Source of the DNA: Gammaproteobacteria bacterium
Lineage (GTDB): Bacteria; Pseudomonadota; Gammaproteobacteria; JAKDMP01
Length of the DNA stretch: 64,000 nt
Reading direction: 5' to 3'
NCBI GenBank assembly: GCA_050739575.1
Contig: JBOIBN010000003.1
Location: 608 to 64,607, forward strand
Below the pieces are notes generated by a model. It was not told where the DNA came from, searched no databases, and saw nothing but the letters and a program-made list of their open reading frames with translations. Of this stretch, positions 49,036 through 60,939 are shown piece after piece. A program made the translations under genes and the position numbers. Each line of letters starts with the position of its first letter. Positions within the stretch are counted from its first letter, which is position 1.

Positions 49036-49821
49036 TTATTCAGGCAGGGTCATGCCGACGACGTGATATCCGGCATCTACATAAAGCGTCATGCCGGTGA
49101 TGCCGCGGGCGAGGTCCGAGCACAGGAACGCGGCGGCGTCACCGACTTCCTCGGCAGTCACGCTGCGCCCGAGCGGGCTGGTCTTTGCGACGGTATCAAG
49201 CATCCGTCGGAAGCCTGATATTCCGGCGGCGGCCAGCGTCTTGATCGGACCCGCGGAAATGGCATTAACGCGGATGCCTTCGGGTCCCAGATCCTGGGCC
49301 AGAAAACGCACCGCCGCCTCGAGGCTCGCCTTAGCCGGGCCCATGACGTTGTAGTTCGGGAGTGCCCGAACGGCGCCGAGATAGCTCAACGTAAGCACGC
49401 TGCCGTGCGCCGCGGCGAGCGCGGATCGGGCGGCGCGGGTCAGTGCAACAAGACTGTAGGCGCTGATGTCCTGGGCAATGCGCCAGGCCTCGCGCGTGGT
49501 GGATTCGGTAAATCCGCCCGCCAAGGCTTCGCGGGGCGCGAAACCAACGGAGTGGACCAGAATGTCCAAGCCGCCCAAGGCGTTCTCGGTGTCGGCTATT
49601 AGACGCTCAATTGCATCGTCGTCGGAGACGTCGCACTCGAACACCGCCTCGGTGCCGAGTTTGCGCCCCATGTCGTGCGCCCGTCCGGCCAGTTTTTCGC
49701 CTTGGTAGCCGAAGGCGATCCGCGCACCTTCTCGATGCATGGCCTGGGCGATCCCCCATGCGATGGAGCGGTTGCTCGCAAGCCCGACGATCAGCGCACG
49801 CTTGCCGGTGAGAAACCCCAT
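49036..49821 (-). CDS. fabI: enoyl-[acyl-carrier-protein] reductase (NADH)
   Basis: [14 protein letters not shown]-terminus. Y-x6-K active-site region ([20 protein letters not shown]). Confidence 0.9.
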   Translation of the reverse strand: MGFLTGKRALIVGLASNRSIAWGIAQAMHREGARIAFGYQGEKLAGRAHDMGRKLGTEAVFECDVSDDDAIERLIADTENALGGLDILVHSVGFAPREALAGGFTESTTREAWRIAQDISAYSLVALTRAARSALAAAHGSVLTLSYLGAVRALPNYNVMGPAKASLEAAVRFLAQDLGPEGIRVNAISAGPIKTLAAAGISGFRRMLDTVAKTSPLGRSVTAEEVGDAAAFLCSDLARGITGMTLYVDAGYHVVGMTLPE

Positions 49822-49834
49822 TACGGAACCGACG

Positions 49835-51664
49835 TTAGTTGCTGGCGCTTACGAACAGCGTCAACAGCTGACCCGGTTGCAGGATGCTGGAGGCGGAAAG
49901 CGAATTCCAGTCCGTGAGTTTGTGCAGCGAGACGTTAAAGCGGTTCGATATCGCGTAGAGCGAATCCCCCGCCTTAACGACGTAATGAATGCGTTGCGGC
50001 TGATTGGATTGTGCAGCTACGCTCTCCGCAACGTTGCCCAAAATCACAAGACGTTGCCCTGGGTGCAGGACGCTGGCGGCGGTAATCGAGTTCCAGCTCG
50101 CCAGCGCATGAGTCGAAACTTTGAAACGGCTTGCAATCAGGGAGAGCGAATCGCCGTCCTTGACTACGTAATGGGTGCTGCTGCCCGCTCGCGCTACCGC
50201 CGAATGGTCCATAGCCGTGGTTGCTCCGCGCAGCACGCTGAGTTGCTGTCCAACGCGGAGTTGGTCGTGCGCGCCCAGATGATTCCATTTCGCAAGATCT
50301 GCGACGCTGACACGATAAGTGTGGGCCAGACCCCAAAGCGTGTCCCCGGAACGGACCTGAATGTGGGAATAAGCAACGCTATGCCGAACCAGGATGGGCG
50401 GAGTGTAATTACGTGCCACCTGCATCGGTTTGTCAGACACGTAGCGCAGATTATTGCCGCCGCTCGAAGTGGGAACTTTCAGAGTTGTACCGACCCGGAT
50501 AAGGTTTCCGTGCAGGCCATTGCGTTCGCGCAAGGTGGCGACCGTGGTGTGGTAATCAGCCGCGATCCCGCTCAAGGTCTCGCCATTATTGACGCGATGG
50601 CTACTCCAGCCCGGCGCCCTCTCTAGTTGCAGGTCGTCGAGCGAGGCCAGAAACTGATTTTTCTTGCCGGCAGGAAGAAGGAGTGTCGAGGGTCCTTCAG
50701 GCGGCGTCTCCCAACGGCTGTAGCCGGGGTTAAGTTGGTACAGTGCCTTGAGGTCCATGCCCGCAAGTTTGGCCGCGATGGCTAGATCCATCTGGCCTTT
50801 CAGGTCAACCTTCGCCAGATAGGGCGTGTTGGCGATGGGCGGCAGATTGAGGCCATACTTGGCGGGATTGGCGATCATGTCGCGAATCGCGAGCAGCCGG
50901 GGCACGTACGCGCGGGTCTGGGCCGGCAAGTTGAGATGCCAGAAGTCGGTCGGACGTCCGTGGCGGCGATTGTAGTCAATCGCATTCTGGACCGTGATGG
51001 AGCCGGAATTGTAGGCCGCGAGCGCGAGCAGCCAGTTGCCGTCGAACTGATCGTGCAGATTCTGGAGATATTTGAGTGCGGCATTGGTCGAGGCCACTAT
51101 GTCGAGCCGTCCGTCGTACCAGCTGTTCTGCTTGAGCCCGTAGATGCGTCCGGTCGAGGAAATGAACTGCCACAGGCCGGCCGCCCGCCCCGGCGAATAA
51201 GCATAAGGATTGAAGCCGCTTTCGACCACCGGCAGCAGGGCTAGATCCGTCGGCATGCCGCGCGCCTGCAACTGTTGGACGACGTAGTAGAGATAGGGCT
51301 CGGAACGTTGCGCGGTGCGCTCGATGAAACCGGTGCGCTCCTTGAAGAAGGCGATCTGTTCGCGCACCTGCGTTTCGTTGCCGTCGGGAAGTGAAAAACT
51401 CTGACGAAGCGCACTCCAGAGGTCTGTCTCGTTCGTTCCCGACTCGGCGCTCCCGGGGGCACCCGACGCCGGGGACTCATCAGGGGCAGGCGATTCCGCC
51501 TGACTGAGCAGGTCGGCGACCGGTATGGGGACGCTGGAAGGCGCCGCGGTGGCGGTGGAATCGCCGCTCGCAACCGGGGCGTGCAGACTGGCGCAGCCTC
51601 CGAGTGCGCTCAGAGCGGCGATGGCGAGGGCGGCCGAGATTGCTCTGGTCGTACGCATCGTCAT
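49835..51664 (-). CDS. mltD: membrane-bound lytic murein transglycosylase D with C-terminal LysM repeats
   Basis: Lipoprotein signal. SLT domain ([20 protein letters not shown]). Three LysM-like repeats (HxVxxGDTLxxIA). Confidence 0.85.
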   Translation of the reverse strand: MTMRTTRAISAALAIAALSALGGCASLHAPVASGDSTATAAPSSVPIPVADLLSQAESPAPDESPASGAPGSAESGTNETDLWSALRQSFSLPDGNETQVREQIAFFKERTGFIERTAQRSEPYLYYVVQQLQARGMPTDLALLPVVESGFNPYAYSPGRAAGLWQFISSTGRIYGLKQNSWYDGRLDIVASTNAALKYLQNLHDQFDGNWLLALAAYNSGSITVQNAIDYNRRHGRPTDFWHLNLPAQTRAYVPRLLAIRDMIANPAKYGLNLPPIANTPYLAKVDLKGQMDLAIAAKLAGMDLKALYQLNPGYSRWETPPEGPSTLLLPAGKKNQFLASLDDLQLERAPGWSSHRVNNGETLSGIAADYHTTVATLRERNGLHGNLIRVGTTLKVPTSSGGNNLRYVSDKPMQVARNYTPPILVRHSVAYSHIQVRSGDTLWGLAHTYRVSVADLAKWNHLGAHDQLRVGQQLSVLRGATTAMDHSAVARAGSSTHYVVKDGDSLSLIASRFKVSTHALASWNSITAASVLHPGQRLVILGNVAESVAAQSNQPQRIHYVVKAGDSLYAISNRFNVSLHKLTDWNSLSASSILQPGQLLTLFVSASN

Positions 51665-51676
51665 CGTATCCTCTGG

Positions 51677-52441
51677 CTAAAACTGATCTTTCAAATGGCG
51701 TAGTGCCGCAAACACCTCCGCCTCTGGATGCAGAGGACGGCCAAGCTCCTTTTCGACCGCCGTCCGTACCTTCGTCTCCCCGCTGCGTAAAAAAAGATTG
51801 ATCCCGCGTTCCCGTCCAATCGTCGAAGGTAAGGTCGCTTGCCCGTCCGCACGGATTGTAACAACATTTTTCAGCGTTCGTGCAAGTCCGGGATCGGCGG
51901 GGAGAAGCGAGCAGGCAAACCGGAGGTTCGCTTCGGTGTATTCGTGCGCGGGGTAAACGCGGGTTCCAGCGGGCAAGGCCGCGAGTCGGCCGAGCGAAGC
52001 GTGCATTTGCGCGGCCGTTCCTTCGAACAGCCGTCCGCAACCGGCGGAAAAAAGCGTGTCGCCGCAAAACAGGAGATTTGCGCCGTAATAGGCGATGTGC
52101 CCGGCCGTGTGCCCCGGCACCTCGAACACTCTGAAGGCGGGAAACCCCTCCGCTGGAGTGACCGTATCGCCTTCCGCAAGCGCCACGTCCACCCCGGCTA
52201 TGGCTTCCCCCGCCGGCCCGAAGACCTGCGGATGATGGCGAGCCTTGAGCGCAGTCAGTCCGCCAATGTGATCGTGGTGATGATGGGTGATGAAGATGGC
52301 CGCGAGCCGCCCGTTGCCGCGCGTGAGCCATGCTTCAACGGGTGCGGCGTCGCCGGGGTCCACCACGACGGCCTTGGTGCCAACTGTCAGCGCCCAGATG
52401 TAGTTGTCGCGAAATGCCGGGATCGCTTCGATGCGCAACAT
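51677..52441 (-). CDS. gloB: hydroxyacylglutathione hydrolase (glyoxalase II)
   Basis: THHHHDH metallo-beta-lactamase motif plus GloB C-terminal region. Confidence 0.88.
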   Translation of the reverse strand: MLRIEAIPAFRDNYIWALTVGTKAVVVDPGDAAPVEAWLTRGNGRLAAIFITHHHHDHIGGLTALKARHHPQVFGPAGEAIAGVDVALAEGDTVTPAEGFPAFRVFEVPGHTAGHIAYYGANLLFCGDTLFSAGCGRLFEGTAAQMHASLGRLAALPAGTRVYPAHEYTEANLRFACSLLPADPGLARTLKNVVTIRADGQATLPSTIGRERGINLFLRSGETKVRTAVEKELGRPLHPEAEVFAALRHLKDQF

Positions 52442-52516
52442 GCCTTCATGCTAGCGCAGCGGAAGGTACGGCGCGGGCTACAATGCCGGGACAAGGTGAT
52501 AGAGAGCCCCGTCGGT

Positions 52517-53179
52517 ATGTATGCGCTGGACAAGACGATGCTCGCGGAACGGCTGACAGCCGAAGCCGAGGCGCTTGCTCCATTCATAAGCGCCTGGAGC
52601 GGGCGCCTCGCCGTGCAGGTGGGCGCGCCGGGCGTCGCATTTGTCTCGTCCGAAAGATTTGCACGTTGCCTGAACGTGGACCGGGAGACGGCGCCGGGCA
52701 TCGTCCAGGCAATCCCCGCAGCGCTCCCGCTCGCCGAAGGTTGTGTCGACGTATTGTTTCTTGTACATGTACTGGACCAGGCGGAGTCGCCGTCTGCGGT
52801 GCTCGCGGAAGCCGCACGCCTGCTCAGCGGGGAGGGCCGGCTGGTTGTGCTGGGGTTCCGCCCGCTCTCGCCGGCCGTGATGCGTCAGGCACCGGCACGG
52901 CTTTTCAGACCGCGAGCGCGAATGCTGAGTCCTTTTCGTCTGCGCCTGCTGCTGGGGAGGGCGGGTTTCGCTTGGGAGCGTTCGCTCGGCCTCGGTTGCG
53001 GCCCGATCGAGCGTAGATTGCCGGGCCCGTGGCGCCAGCATCTGAGCACGAGCTATGCGGCGATTGCCAGGAAACGGGTCGAGGGCATGACGGTGCTGCG
53101 GCCAAAGTGGCAGCAAAAGGCCCGTGAGCGGCAACAGGCACGGCAGGCGGTGCTTCCGGGTCACGGGCATGCGGGTTGA
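52517..53179 (+). CDS. class I SAM-dependent methyltransferase (YafS-like)
   Basis: Conserved gloB-MTase-rnhA-dnaQ arrangement. Moderate MTase fold signals. The long upstream ORF extension was rejected. Confidence 0.55.
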   Translation: MYALDKTMLAERLTAEAEALAPFISAWSGRLAVQVGAPGVAFVSSERFARCLNVDRETAPGIVQAIPAALPLAEGCVDVLFLVHVLDQAESPSAVLAEAARLLSGEGRLVVLGFRPLSPAVMRQAPARLFRPRARMLSPFRLRLLLGRAGFAWERSLGLGCGPIERRLPGPWRQHLSTSYAAIARKRVEGMTVLRPKWQQKARERQQARQAVLPGHGHAG

Positions 53180-53609
53180 GATTTATACCGATGGCGCTTG
53201 TCTTGGTAATCCGGGACCGGGGGGCTGGGCGGCAATCCTCACGGCGGACGAGCGTCGACGCGAGATTTCCGGGGGCGAGCCCGCGACCACCAATAACCGG
53301 ATGGAACTCACGGCTGCCATCATGGGGCTCGAGGCCTTGAAGCGTGCAAGCACCGTCGTGCTTTGTACCGATTCGCGCTACGTGAAGCAGGGCATTACCG
53401 AGTGGATCCCCCGCTGGCAGGCGAACGGCTGGCGCACGGCGGCCCGTCGCCCGGTCGAAAACCGGGATCTATGGGAGCGTTTGCTGGCCGCCGCCGCCCC
53501 ACACCGGATCGAGTGGCAATGGGTGCGCGGACATGCCGGGGTGGCGGAGAACGAACGGGCCGACGAGCTCGCCTATGCGGCCGCGCAGAAGGTTGTCAAC
53601 GGCGGGTGA
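53169..53609 (+). CDS. rnhA: ribonuclease HI
   Basis: [18 protein letters not shown]... with TNNRMEL and [14 protein letters not shown] motifs. Confidence 0.9.
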   Translation: MRVEIYTDGACLGNPGPGGWAAILTADERRREISGGEPATTNNRMELTAAIMGLEALKRASTVVLCTDSRYVKQGITEWIPRWQANGWRTAARRPVENRDLWERLLAAAAPHRIEWQWVRGHAGVAENERADELAYAAAQKVVNGG

Positions 53610-54340
53610 ATACGCGTCTGGTCATTCTTGATACGGAAACCACCGGACTCAGTCCCGAGGCCGGCCATCGAATCATCGAAATCGGTTGCGTGGAACTGAA
53701 GAACCGGCTCTATACCGGGCGGACCCTGCACCATTACCTCAACCCGGAACGCAAGATCGAAGCCGGGGCGCAGGATGTCCACGGCATCAGCGACGAGCAG
53801 TTAGTCGACAAGCCGCTGTTCGTGCAGATCGCACCCGAACTTAGGGAGTTCGTCGCGGGTGCGGAGTTGATCATTCACAATGCCCCGTTCGATCTCGCTT
53901 TCCTCGACGCCGAGTACCGCCGGATTGATTCCACGCACGGCTCGGTCTCCGAGTGGTGCAGCGTGCTCGATACGCTGGCGCTCGCGCGCGCGCGCTACCC
54001 GGGACAGGCAAACAGCCTCGATGCGCTGTGCCGTCGGCACCAGGTGGATAACAGCGGGCGTGAATATCACGGTGCGCTGCTCGATGCGCAACTGCTCTCC
54101 GAAGTCTATCTTGCACTTACCGGCGGACAGGTAATGCTGGGGTTGGAAAGCGCCAATTCCCGCGACGAATCCGCCGGCGCAGAGATTGTGAGGCGCGATG
54201 GACGAGTCCTGCCCGAGATTGTGGTAAGCGATGCGGAGCGCGGCGCGCATCGCGCGCGCCTCGCCGCTATCCGCGAGCAGGCGGGCTTTTGCCTGTGGGA
54301 TAAAATCGGCGCCGATTTGCCGGAGTCGGGCAGCCCTTGA
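53606..54340 (+). CDS. dnaQ: DNA polymerase III epsilon subunit (3'-5' exonuclease)
   Basis: Exo I LDTETTGL, Exo II, and Exo [13 protein letters not shown] motifs. The GTG start overlaps the rnhA stop. Confidence 0.85.
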   Translation: MNTRLVILDTETTGLSPEAGHRIIEIGCVELKNRLYTGRTLHHYLNPERKIEAGAQDVHGISDEQLVDKPLFVQIAPELREFVAGAELIIHNAPFDLAFLDAEYRRIDSTHGSVSEWCSVLDTLALARARYPGQANSLDALCRRHQVDNSGREYHGALLDAQLLSEVYLALTGGQVMLGLESANSRDESAGAEIVRRDGRVLPEIVVSDAERGAHRARLAAIREQAGFCLWDKIGADLPESGSP

Positions 54341-54403
54341 AAAATCCGGCGGCGAACTTTCGAGTTTCTCCCGGCGGATAAGACCAGGACCTGAGGAGTT
54401 CAC

Positions 54404-55678
54404 ATGGAAACCGTCTCGGAAATCCAAGCCGAACACGTGCTGCTCGCGGCCGCAATCATTCTCGCCGTCGGTTCGCTGCTGGGCTATATTGCAAGCCGCC
54501 TGCGGGTGCCTGACATCGTTCTGTTCCTGATTGCCGGCATCGTGCTCGGACCGGAGGTTTTGGGCTGGATCAATATTCCGGCGACCTCGACCCTCTCCTG
54601 GGCCATCATCATTTTCACCGCAAGCTACATACTCTTCGACGGCGGCGCCACGCTGGAGTTGAAGGTGCTGGGCAAGGTGTGGCTATCGCTCGCGATCATC
54701 GTCACCGTCGGCGTCCTGATCACCGCATTTGTAACCGGTTTTGCCGCGTCCTGGATTCTTGGCCTTCCGGTGACGGTCGGCCTTTTGCTCGGCGCGGCCA
54801 TGGCGGCAACCGATCCCGCGACTCTGGTTCCCGTGTTCAAGCAGGTGCATGTGCGCGACAAGGTCGCGCAATTCGTGGTGGGCGAATCCGCGCTCAACGA
54901 TCCGACGGGCGCGATTATCACGCTGGTGTTTTTGGCCTTGGTGACGGGCGGCGCCGCCAGCGGACAACACATTGCGATTGGCCAGGACGTGCTTGCTCTC
55001 CTCGCGCAGGCCGGCATCGGCATCGGGATCGGACTCGCACTCGGCTACGCCGGATCGTTTCTGGTGGCGCACGTGCGTTACGGATTTCTCGCCGATTATC
55101 TGAAGCTGGTGACCTTGATCGCGGTGATCGGCGGTTATCTCGGTGCGACGGGACTGCACGCAAGCGGCTTCATGGCCGCCTTCGTCGCCGGGCTCGTAAT
55201 GGGCAACATGCACTACCTCGGACTCAAGATGCCGCACGGGCACCACGCGAGATTCGAGGATTTCGTGGGTACGACCTCGCTGATTTCGCGCATGTTCATC
55301 TTCATACTGCTCGGTTCGCAGGTCAAGCTCGAACTGATTGTGCGGTACTGGTGGGAAGGATTGGTGGTGGTCGCCGTGTTCATGTTCATCGCCCGCCCGC
55401 TGACCGTGTTTATCTCCACGCTTCCCGACCGGCGCGCGCGCTGGAGTTGGCGCGAGCTGACGTTTATCGCCTGGACGCGTGAGACGGGCGTGATTCCGGG
55501 CGCGCTCGCGAGCATTCTGGTCGGCGCCAAAGCACCGCATGCTGATGTGCTGGCGGCGATCATCTTCATGGCTATCCTGATTACGATCATTCTTCAGGCG
55601 ACGACCGCAAAATGGGTCGCAGGACGGCTGGGGCTTCTGGTCGAGAAGCATCCACGCAGTGCAGTTGGCACGGATTAG
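54404..55678 (+). CDS. CPA1-family cation/proton (Na+/H+) antiporter
   Basis: 12-TM profile and a Na_H_Exchanger signature region (ATDPATLVPVF). Confidence 0.75.
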   Translation: METVSEIQAEHVLLAAAIILAVGSLLGYIASRLRVPDIVLFLIAGIVLGPEVLGWINIPATSTLSWAIIIFTASYILFDGGATLELKVLGKVWLSLAIIVTVGVLITAFVTGFAASWILGLPVTVGLLLGAAMAATDPATLVPVFKQVHVRDKVAQFVVGESALNDPTGAIITLVFLALVTGGAASGQHIAIGQDVLALLAQAGIGIGIGLALGYAGSFLVAHVRYGFLADYLKLVTLIAVIGGYLGATGLHASGFMAAFVAGLVMGNMHYLGLKMPHGHHARFEDFVGTTSLISRMFIFILLGSQVKLELIVRYWWEGLVVVAVFMFIARPLTVFISTLPDRRARWSWRELTFIAWTRETGVIPGALASILVGAKAPHADVLAAIIFMAILITIILQATTAKWVAGRLGLLVEKHPRSAVGTD

Positions 55679-55917
55679 GCGATGCGTGAAGAGAATTTCC
55701 ATGCAACGTGCTGGATTGATTGGAACGAGACGGAGATTGCCGCCGGGTCAGCGGTTGATGAGCATCATCGGTTGCCAACTAAATTGGCCTTTCTGGTTGT
55801 GGCCGCTCCGTTCTACGCAGGATGATGTGAATCACCTACCATATGCGCTGGTGCTCACCGCGGCCGGACTCGTCTGCGTGTGGGTCTTCATCTGAAAACT
55901 GGTCAGTGAGCGAGGGT

Positions 55918-56541
55918 ATGAAGAAAAGCATCGGAGTTCTGGCATTGACGATCGCGTTCGCATGTGCGGGCGCGCCGGCTGTGCGCGCCGCGACGGATTC
56001 GCCGCTGGCCGCACCGGCGAGTGCTTCCCCCGCGGGCATCGCCGACTACAGCTACATCCAGGTCGAACATATCGATGGAGGCAACTCCGATTATTTCGGC
56101 GATTCCGCCAAGGGCAACGGCGCCAAATTTTCCTTCCAGTTCGGCAGGAATGCCTACGTCTATGGCAGCTATGACCGACTGGCTTTCGATCGCTTGCCGG
56201 GCGATCTCTATCGCACGGGCGTTGGCATCGGCTACGCGCAGACCGAGGGCAAAGTCTCGGCCTACGTGCAGCTCGGTTACTATCGCGAAATGCTATCCGC
56301 CGCGCTCGGCGGCGCGCGCGGTTACTACTTCGAACCGGCTTACGGCATGCGTGCCGCACTCAACCGTTATTTTTCGCTCGAAGGCGAAATGTATACGGAT
56401 ATCCGCCCGGAATTCGGCAGCCGACCCTGGGGCCTAAAGTTCGGCGCAGCCTTTGCACTCGGTCCGGTGTCCCTGCATGTGGTGGCCGATCACAATCGCG
56501 ACGTCAACAGCCTGAGCGGTGCCTTGCGATTTGCCTTCTGA
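55918..56541 (+). CDS. small outer-membrane beta-barrel protein (OmpW/OmpA-like porin family)
   Basis: Signal peptide. Alternating amphipathic beta strands. C-terminal ...LRFAF. Confidence 0.6.
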   Translation: MKKSIGVLALTIAFACAGAPAVRAATDSPLAAPASASPAGIADYSYIQVEHIDGGNSDYFGDSAKGNGAKFSFQFGRNAYVYGSYDRLAFDRLPGDLYRTGVGIGYAQTEGKVSAYVQLGYYREMLSAALGGARGYYFEPAYGMRAALNRYFSLEGEMYTDIRPEFGSRPWGLKFGAAFALGPVSLHVVADHNRDVNSLSGALRFAF

Positions 56542-56580
56542 ACCGGCGCGGACAAGACGAATGATTTTCGGGGATCACGC

Positions 56581-57915
56581 ATGAGAGTCACGATTTTCGG
56601 TACCGGCTATGTAGGACTCGTGACCGGCACCTGCCTTGCCGATGTCGGCAACCACGTGATCTGCGTGGACGTGGACGCGGCCAAGGTCGCGCGCCTCAAC
56701 GCCGGCGAGGTGCCAATCTTCGAGCCCGGACTGGATGCCCTGATTGCCCGCAACCGGCGCGAAGGGCGGCTGCGCTTTACTACCGACGAGAAGGAGGCGC
56801 TGGCTCACGGCACCGTCATCTTCATCGCCGTCGGCACGCCGCCCGAGGAGGACGGGTCGGCGGATCTCAGGCATGTGCTCGCCGTGGCGCGTTCGATCGG
56901 GCAGGCCCTCGTACGCCCGGCCGTGGTGGTCAACAAGTCCACCGTTCCGGTCGGCACCGCGGATCGGGTACGCGCCGTGATCGCAGCCGAACTTAAAGCA
57001 CGCGGCGTCGAAGTTGATTTCGACGTCGCCTCCAACCCGGAGTTTCTCAAGGAAGGTGCCGCGGTGGAGGATTTCAACCGCCCCGACCGCATCATCGTCG
57101 GCGCGGAGCGTGATACGACGATCGAAACTTTGCGTGCGCTTTACTCGCCCTTCAATCGCAATCACGACCGTCTGCTGGTGCTCGACACGCGCTCGGCCGA
57201 ACTCGCGAAGTATGCAGCAAATGCGCTGCTCGCGACCAAGATCAGCTTCATGAACGAAATCGCCGGGGTAGCCGAAAAGGTAGGTGCCGACATCGAATCC
57301 GTGCGCCGGGGAATCGGCTCGGATCCGCGCATCGGCTGGCATTTCATTTATGCCGGCGCCGGCTATGGCGGTTCGTGTTTTCCGAAGGACGTGCGTGCGC
57401 TCGCCGCAACAGCCCGCAGCACCGGCGTGGCCTCCGAACTGCTGGCGGCCGTCGAGGCCGTGAACGAACATCAAAAGCTGGTGCTGTTCGAAAAGATTCG
57501 TGCGCACTATCGCGGAGTCCTCCGCGGGCGTCGTTTCGCGCTGTGGGGACTCGCCTTCAAGCCGCAGACCGACGACATGCGCGAAGCGCCGAGCCGTGCG
57601 TTGCTCGAAGCGTTGTGGGCGGAAGGCGCGACGGTCGCGGCCTACGATCCCGCGGCGCTTCCGACGACCCGCGCACTCTACGGCGAACGAAAGGATCTGC
57701 ATCTCGTCGAGCGGGCCGAGGAGGCGCTCGAGGGTGCCGATGCACTTATCGTCATGACCGAGTGGCATGTATTCCGCAGCCCGGACTTTCAGCTGATCCG
57801 CGAGCGCCTGGCGGCGCCGGTCATCTTCGACGGACGCAACCTCTACGATCCGGCCTGGCTGGCCCGTCAGGGCTTCACTTATTACGGCATCGGTCGCGGT
57901 GCGCAAACGGTCTGA
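56581..57915 (+). CDS. ugd: UDP-glucose 6-dehydrogenase
   Basis: GTGYVGL Rossmann motif and catalytic GGSCFPKD. Confidence 0.9.
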   Translation: MRVTIFGTGYVGLVTGTCLADVGNHVICVDVDAAKVARLNAGEVPIFEPGLDALIARNRREGRLRFTTDEKEALAHGTVIFIAVGTPPEEDGSADLRHVLAVARSIGQALVRPAVVVNKSTVPVGTADRVRAVIAAELKARGVEVDFDVASNPEFLKEGAAVEDFNRPDRIIVGAERDTTIETLRALYSPFNRNHDRLLVLDTRSAELAKYAANALLATKISFMNEIAGVAEKVGADIESVRRGIGSDPRIGWHFIYAGAGYGGSCFPKDVRALAATARSTGVASELLAAVEAVNEHQKLVLFEKIRAHYRGVLRGRRFALWGLAFKPQTDDMREAPSRALLEALWAEGATVAAYDPAALPTTRALYGERKDLHLVERAEEALEGADALIVMTEWHVFRSPDFQLIRERLAAPVIFDGRNLYDPAWLARQGFTYYGIGRGAQTV

Positions 57916-57937
57916 CGCCGGCCGCGGGGAACCATCG

Positions 57938-59017
57938 ATGCGGATTCTCCGCAGGATCGGCGGCGTAATGGCCGCGGTGGGTATGGCGCTCGGCGTAGTC
58001 GGGTTCGCGCGCGCGGACGGCGCCACGCGCATCATCGGCGCGGGCTCCTCCTTCGCCTATCCGCTGTATTCGGCCTGGGCCGATTTGTATCACCGGCATT
58101 CGGGCGTCGAAGTCAATTACCAGTCCATCGGTTCGGGCGGCGGAATCCGCCAGATCGAGGCCCGCACGGTGAATTTCGGCGCAACCGATGCGCCGCTCAC
58201 CGCCGAAGAGCTGAAAAAGCAGGAACTGGTGCAGTTTCCCGCCGCGATGGGGAGCGTCGTCCCGACGATCAACCTTGCCGGAATCGCTCCCGGCCGCTTG
58301 GTGCTTTCGGGACCGCTGCTGGCGAAGATCTATCTCGGCAGGATCACGCGCTGGGACGATCCGGCAATCGGCCGGCTCAACCCCGGTCTCACGCTGCCCG
58401 CCCGCCGCATCACCGTCGTCTATCGCTCGGACGGCTCCGGCACCACCTTCATTTTTACCCACTACCTCGCCCAGGTGAGCGCCGAGTGGAAGACGAAGGT
58501 CGGCTTCGGCAAGACGGTGGCGTGGCCGAGCGGCATCGGCGGCAAGGGCAACGAGGGTGTTGCGGCCTATGTGGAACACGTCAAGGGCGCCATCGGCTAC
58601 GTGGAATATGCCCTGGTGCGGCAAAGTCACATGACCTGGACCGACATGGTCAATCGCGCCGGCCGGCGCGTCGGCCCGTGCAAGCAAAGTTTCGCGGCGG
58701 CGGCCGAAAGCGCCGACTGGGCCCATGCCCCTGGCTATTACCTGATGCTGACCGACCAGCCCGGCGCCCTGAGCTGGCCGCTTGTCGGCGCGACCTTCGC
58801 GCTGGTTCCGGCTCGTCCGGGCGATGCCCGCAGCGCCCGAGCCGTACTCGATTTTTTCGATTGGGCTTACCGCAACGGGGATGGAATTGCCGGACAGCTC
58901 GACTACATTCCGATGCCGCGCAGCGTTGTATACCGGATCGAGCAAGCCTGGCATCAAAGCATCGCTGCCGCCGGTAAGCCGCTCTGGCCGGCGCCGGCGG
59001 AGTCCGGCGCGAACTAG
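57938..59017 (+). CDS. pstS: phosphate ABC transporter substrate-binding protein
   Basis: Signal peptide plus PstS-family similarity (GAGSSFAYPLY). Confidence 0.88.
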   Translation: MRILRRIGGVMAAVGMALGVVGFARADGATRIIGAGSSFAYPLYSAWADLYHRHSGVEVNYQSIGSGGGIRQIEARTVNFGATDAPLTAEELKKQELVQFPAAMGSVVPTINLAGIAPGRLVLSGPLLAKIYLGRITRWDDPAIGRLNPGLTLPARRITVVYRSDGSGTTFIFTHYLAQVSAEWKTKVGFGKTVAWPSGIGGKGNEGVAAYVEHVKGAIGYVEYALVRQSHMTWTDMVNRAGRRVGPCKQSFAAAAESADWAHAPGYYLMLTDQPGALSWPLVGATFALVPARPGDARSARAVLDFFDWAYRNGDGIAGQLDYIPMPRSVVYRIEQAWHQSIAAAGKPLWPAPAESGAN

Positions 59018-59104
59018 GCCCTATAATCACCGCCATTCAGGCGGCGGTGCGCTCGAACCCTGTCGTCTTTCGCTAAAGACCCCACGAGCGAACGTATAGC
59101 CGAT

Positions 59105-60091
59105 ATGGCACACACGACGGAAACGGTTCAGTCGCAGGCGCAGGCGATCCGCCTCGTGCGCCGCGGCGGGCGCGCCGACGCCTGGTTCCGCCGGCTTACC
59201 CTGTTATTTGCGTGGGTAGTGCTCGCGGTACTCGGCGCGATCATCGTGGTGCTCGTCAAGGGCGGCTGGCCCGCGCTGTCCACGTTCGGCGTGCATTTTT
59301 TCACCTCCTCGACCTGGAATCCGGTCACCGGCGTGTTCGGCGCCGCGTCCTCGATTCTCGGCACCGTCGCGACATCCGTGATCGCGATCGTGCTCGCCGT
59401 GCCGATCAGCTTCGGCGTCGCGCTCTTCGTGACCGAGATCGCGCCGCGCTGGCTCAGGCGGCCGATCGGCATCGCGGTCGAGCTTCTCGCCGGCATACCC
59501 TCGATCATCTACGGCATTTGGGGTCTGTTCGTATTCGCGCCCTGGTTTGCCGACCACGTGCAGGAGGGCCTGACCGCGAGCCTGGGGCGGATTCCGGTGA
59601 TCGGCGCGCTTTTTCAGGGACCGCCGATCGGTCTTGGTTGGGCAGTCGCGGGCATCATTCTCGCGATCATGATCATCCCCTTCATCGCCGCCGTGATGCG
59701 CGACGTCTTCGAGGTGGTGCCGGTGACGCTCAAGGAATCGGCCTATGCGATGGGCTCGACGCGCTGGGAAGTGGTGCGCAAGATCGTGTGGCCCTACACC
59801 CGCGTCGCCGTGATCGGGGGCATCATGCTCGGTCTCGGGCGCGCGCTCGGCGAAACGATGGCGGTGACTTTCGTGGTCGGCAACGCGCACAATCTCTCCG
59901 CGTCGCTGTTCATGCCCGGCAACACGATCGCCTCCACCATCGCCAACGAATTTACGGAAGCGACGACGCCGCTCTACCTTTCTTCGCTGATCGCCCTCGG
60001 CCTGATCCTCTTCGCCATCACCTTCGTCGTGCTCGCCTGCGCCAAGCTGCTGCTGGCGCGCGTCGAGCGGACCGCGGGCGCGAGCGCATGA
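59105..60091 (+). CDS. pstC: phosphate ABC transporter permease PstC
   Basis: 6-TM permease with an EAA-like loop. Confidence 0.88.
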   Translation: MAHTTETVQSQAQAIRLVRRGGRADAWFRRLTLLFAWVVLAVLGAIIVVLVKGGWPALSTFGVHFFTSSTWNPVTGVFGAASSILGTVATSVIAIVLAVPISFGVALFVTEIAPRWLRRPIGIAVELLAGIPSIIYGIWGLFVFAPWFADHVQEGLTASLGRIPVIGALFQGPPIGLGWAVAGIILAIMIIPFIAAVMRDVFEVVPVTLKESAYAMGSTRWEVVRKIVWPYTRVAVIGGIMLGLGRALGETMAVTFVVGNAHNLSASLFMPGNTIASTIANEFTEATTPLYLSSLIALGLILFAITFVVLACAKLLLARVERTAGASA

Positions 60092-60936
60092 ACGGCAGGT
60101 ATCTGCGCCGGCGCGCAAGCAACGCGAGCGCGCTCGTTCTGTCCGTACTCCTGACCGGTGTCGCGCTGGTCTTTCTCGGCTGGATCCTGTGCGTGCTGGC
60201 GGACCGGGGCTTCCGCTACATCAATCTCGATCTTTTCGTGCATTCCACGCCCGGCGCCGGCATCGAGGGCGGCGGCCTCGCGAACGCGTTCGTCGGCAGT
60301 CTCTTCATCACGCTGCTCGGCATCGTGATCGGCGCGCCCATCGGCGTGCTCGCCGCGACCTGGCTGGTCGAGTTCGGTGCGAAGCGCCGCCTCACCGCCG
60401 TGGTGCGATTCATCAACGATGTACTGCTTTCCGCGCCATCGATCGTGATCGGCGTATTCGTGTACGGCATCGTGGTCGCCCCGGCAGGTCATTTTTCCGG
60501 CTGGGCCGGCGCGATCGCGCTGGCCATCATCGCGCTTCCGGTGGTAGTGCGGACAACCGACAACATGCTCCAGCTCGTGCCCGACCCGTTGCGCGAAGCG
60601 GCGATCGCGCTCGGCTGCCCGCGCTGGAAGGTGACGCTCTCGGTGGTGTACCGCGCCTCGCTTGCGGGCATCGTCACTGGCGTGCTGCTTGCGATCGCGC
60701 GCATCATCGGCGAGGCGGCACCGCTGCTCTTTACCTCGCTCGGCAACCAGTTTTTTTCGCTCAATCCGAATCACCCGATCGCCGCCCTGCCGCAGGTGCT
60801 GTTCAATTTCGCGCTGGGTCCCTACGATAATTGGCACCGCCTAGCTTGGGCGGGCGCGCTCGTGAGCACGCTGTTCGTGCTGGTACTGATGATCGTGGCC
60901 CGGGTGGCGACCGGACGCAGAACCAGGAGACGTTAG
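60088..60936 (+). CDS. pstA: phosphate ABC transporter permease PstA
   Basis: ATGA overlap with pstC. The ORF-track 574-aa frame spanning 59212..60936 is the same frame read through from inside pstC. Confidence 0.85.
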   Translation: MNGRYLRRRASNASALVLSVLLTGVALVFLGWILCVLADRGFRYINLDLFVHSTPGAGIEGGGLANAFVGSLFITLLGIVIGAPIGVLAATWLVEFGAKRRLTAVVRFINDVLLSAPSIVIGVFVYGIVVAPAGHFSGWAGAIALAIIALPVVVRTTDNMLQLVPDPLREAAIALGCPRWKVTLSVVYRASLAGIVTGVLLAIARIIGEAAPLLFTSLGNQFFSLNPNHPIAALPQVLFNFALGPYDNWHRLAWAGALVSTLFVLVLMIVARVATGRRTRRR

Positions 60937-60939
60937 GCG

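Noticed and set aside
51839-52516. N-terminal 226-aa extension of the methyltransferase ORF
   Set aside because: It overlaps gloB on the opposite strand and has a biased composition. The conserved MTase-like part begins at ATG 52517.
55659-55895. 78-aa ORF between the antiporter and the OMP gene with a hydrophobic C-terminus
   Set aside because: No RBS, Arg-rich N-terminus, and it overlaps the antiporter stop. Probably spurious, although a ~45-aa leader peptide cannot be excluded.
54683-60837. Long antisense ORFs opposite the antiporter, ugd (486 aa), pstC and pstA
   Set aside because: GC-driven antisense frames. The sense genes have clear family motifs.
59212-60936. 574-aa plus-strand ORF spanning pstC and pstA
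   Set aside because: This is the pstA reading frame read through from inside pstC (different frame from pstC). The real pstA begins at ATG 60088 overlapping the pstC stop.
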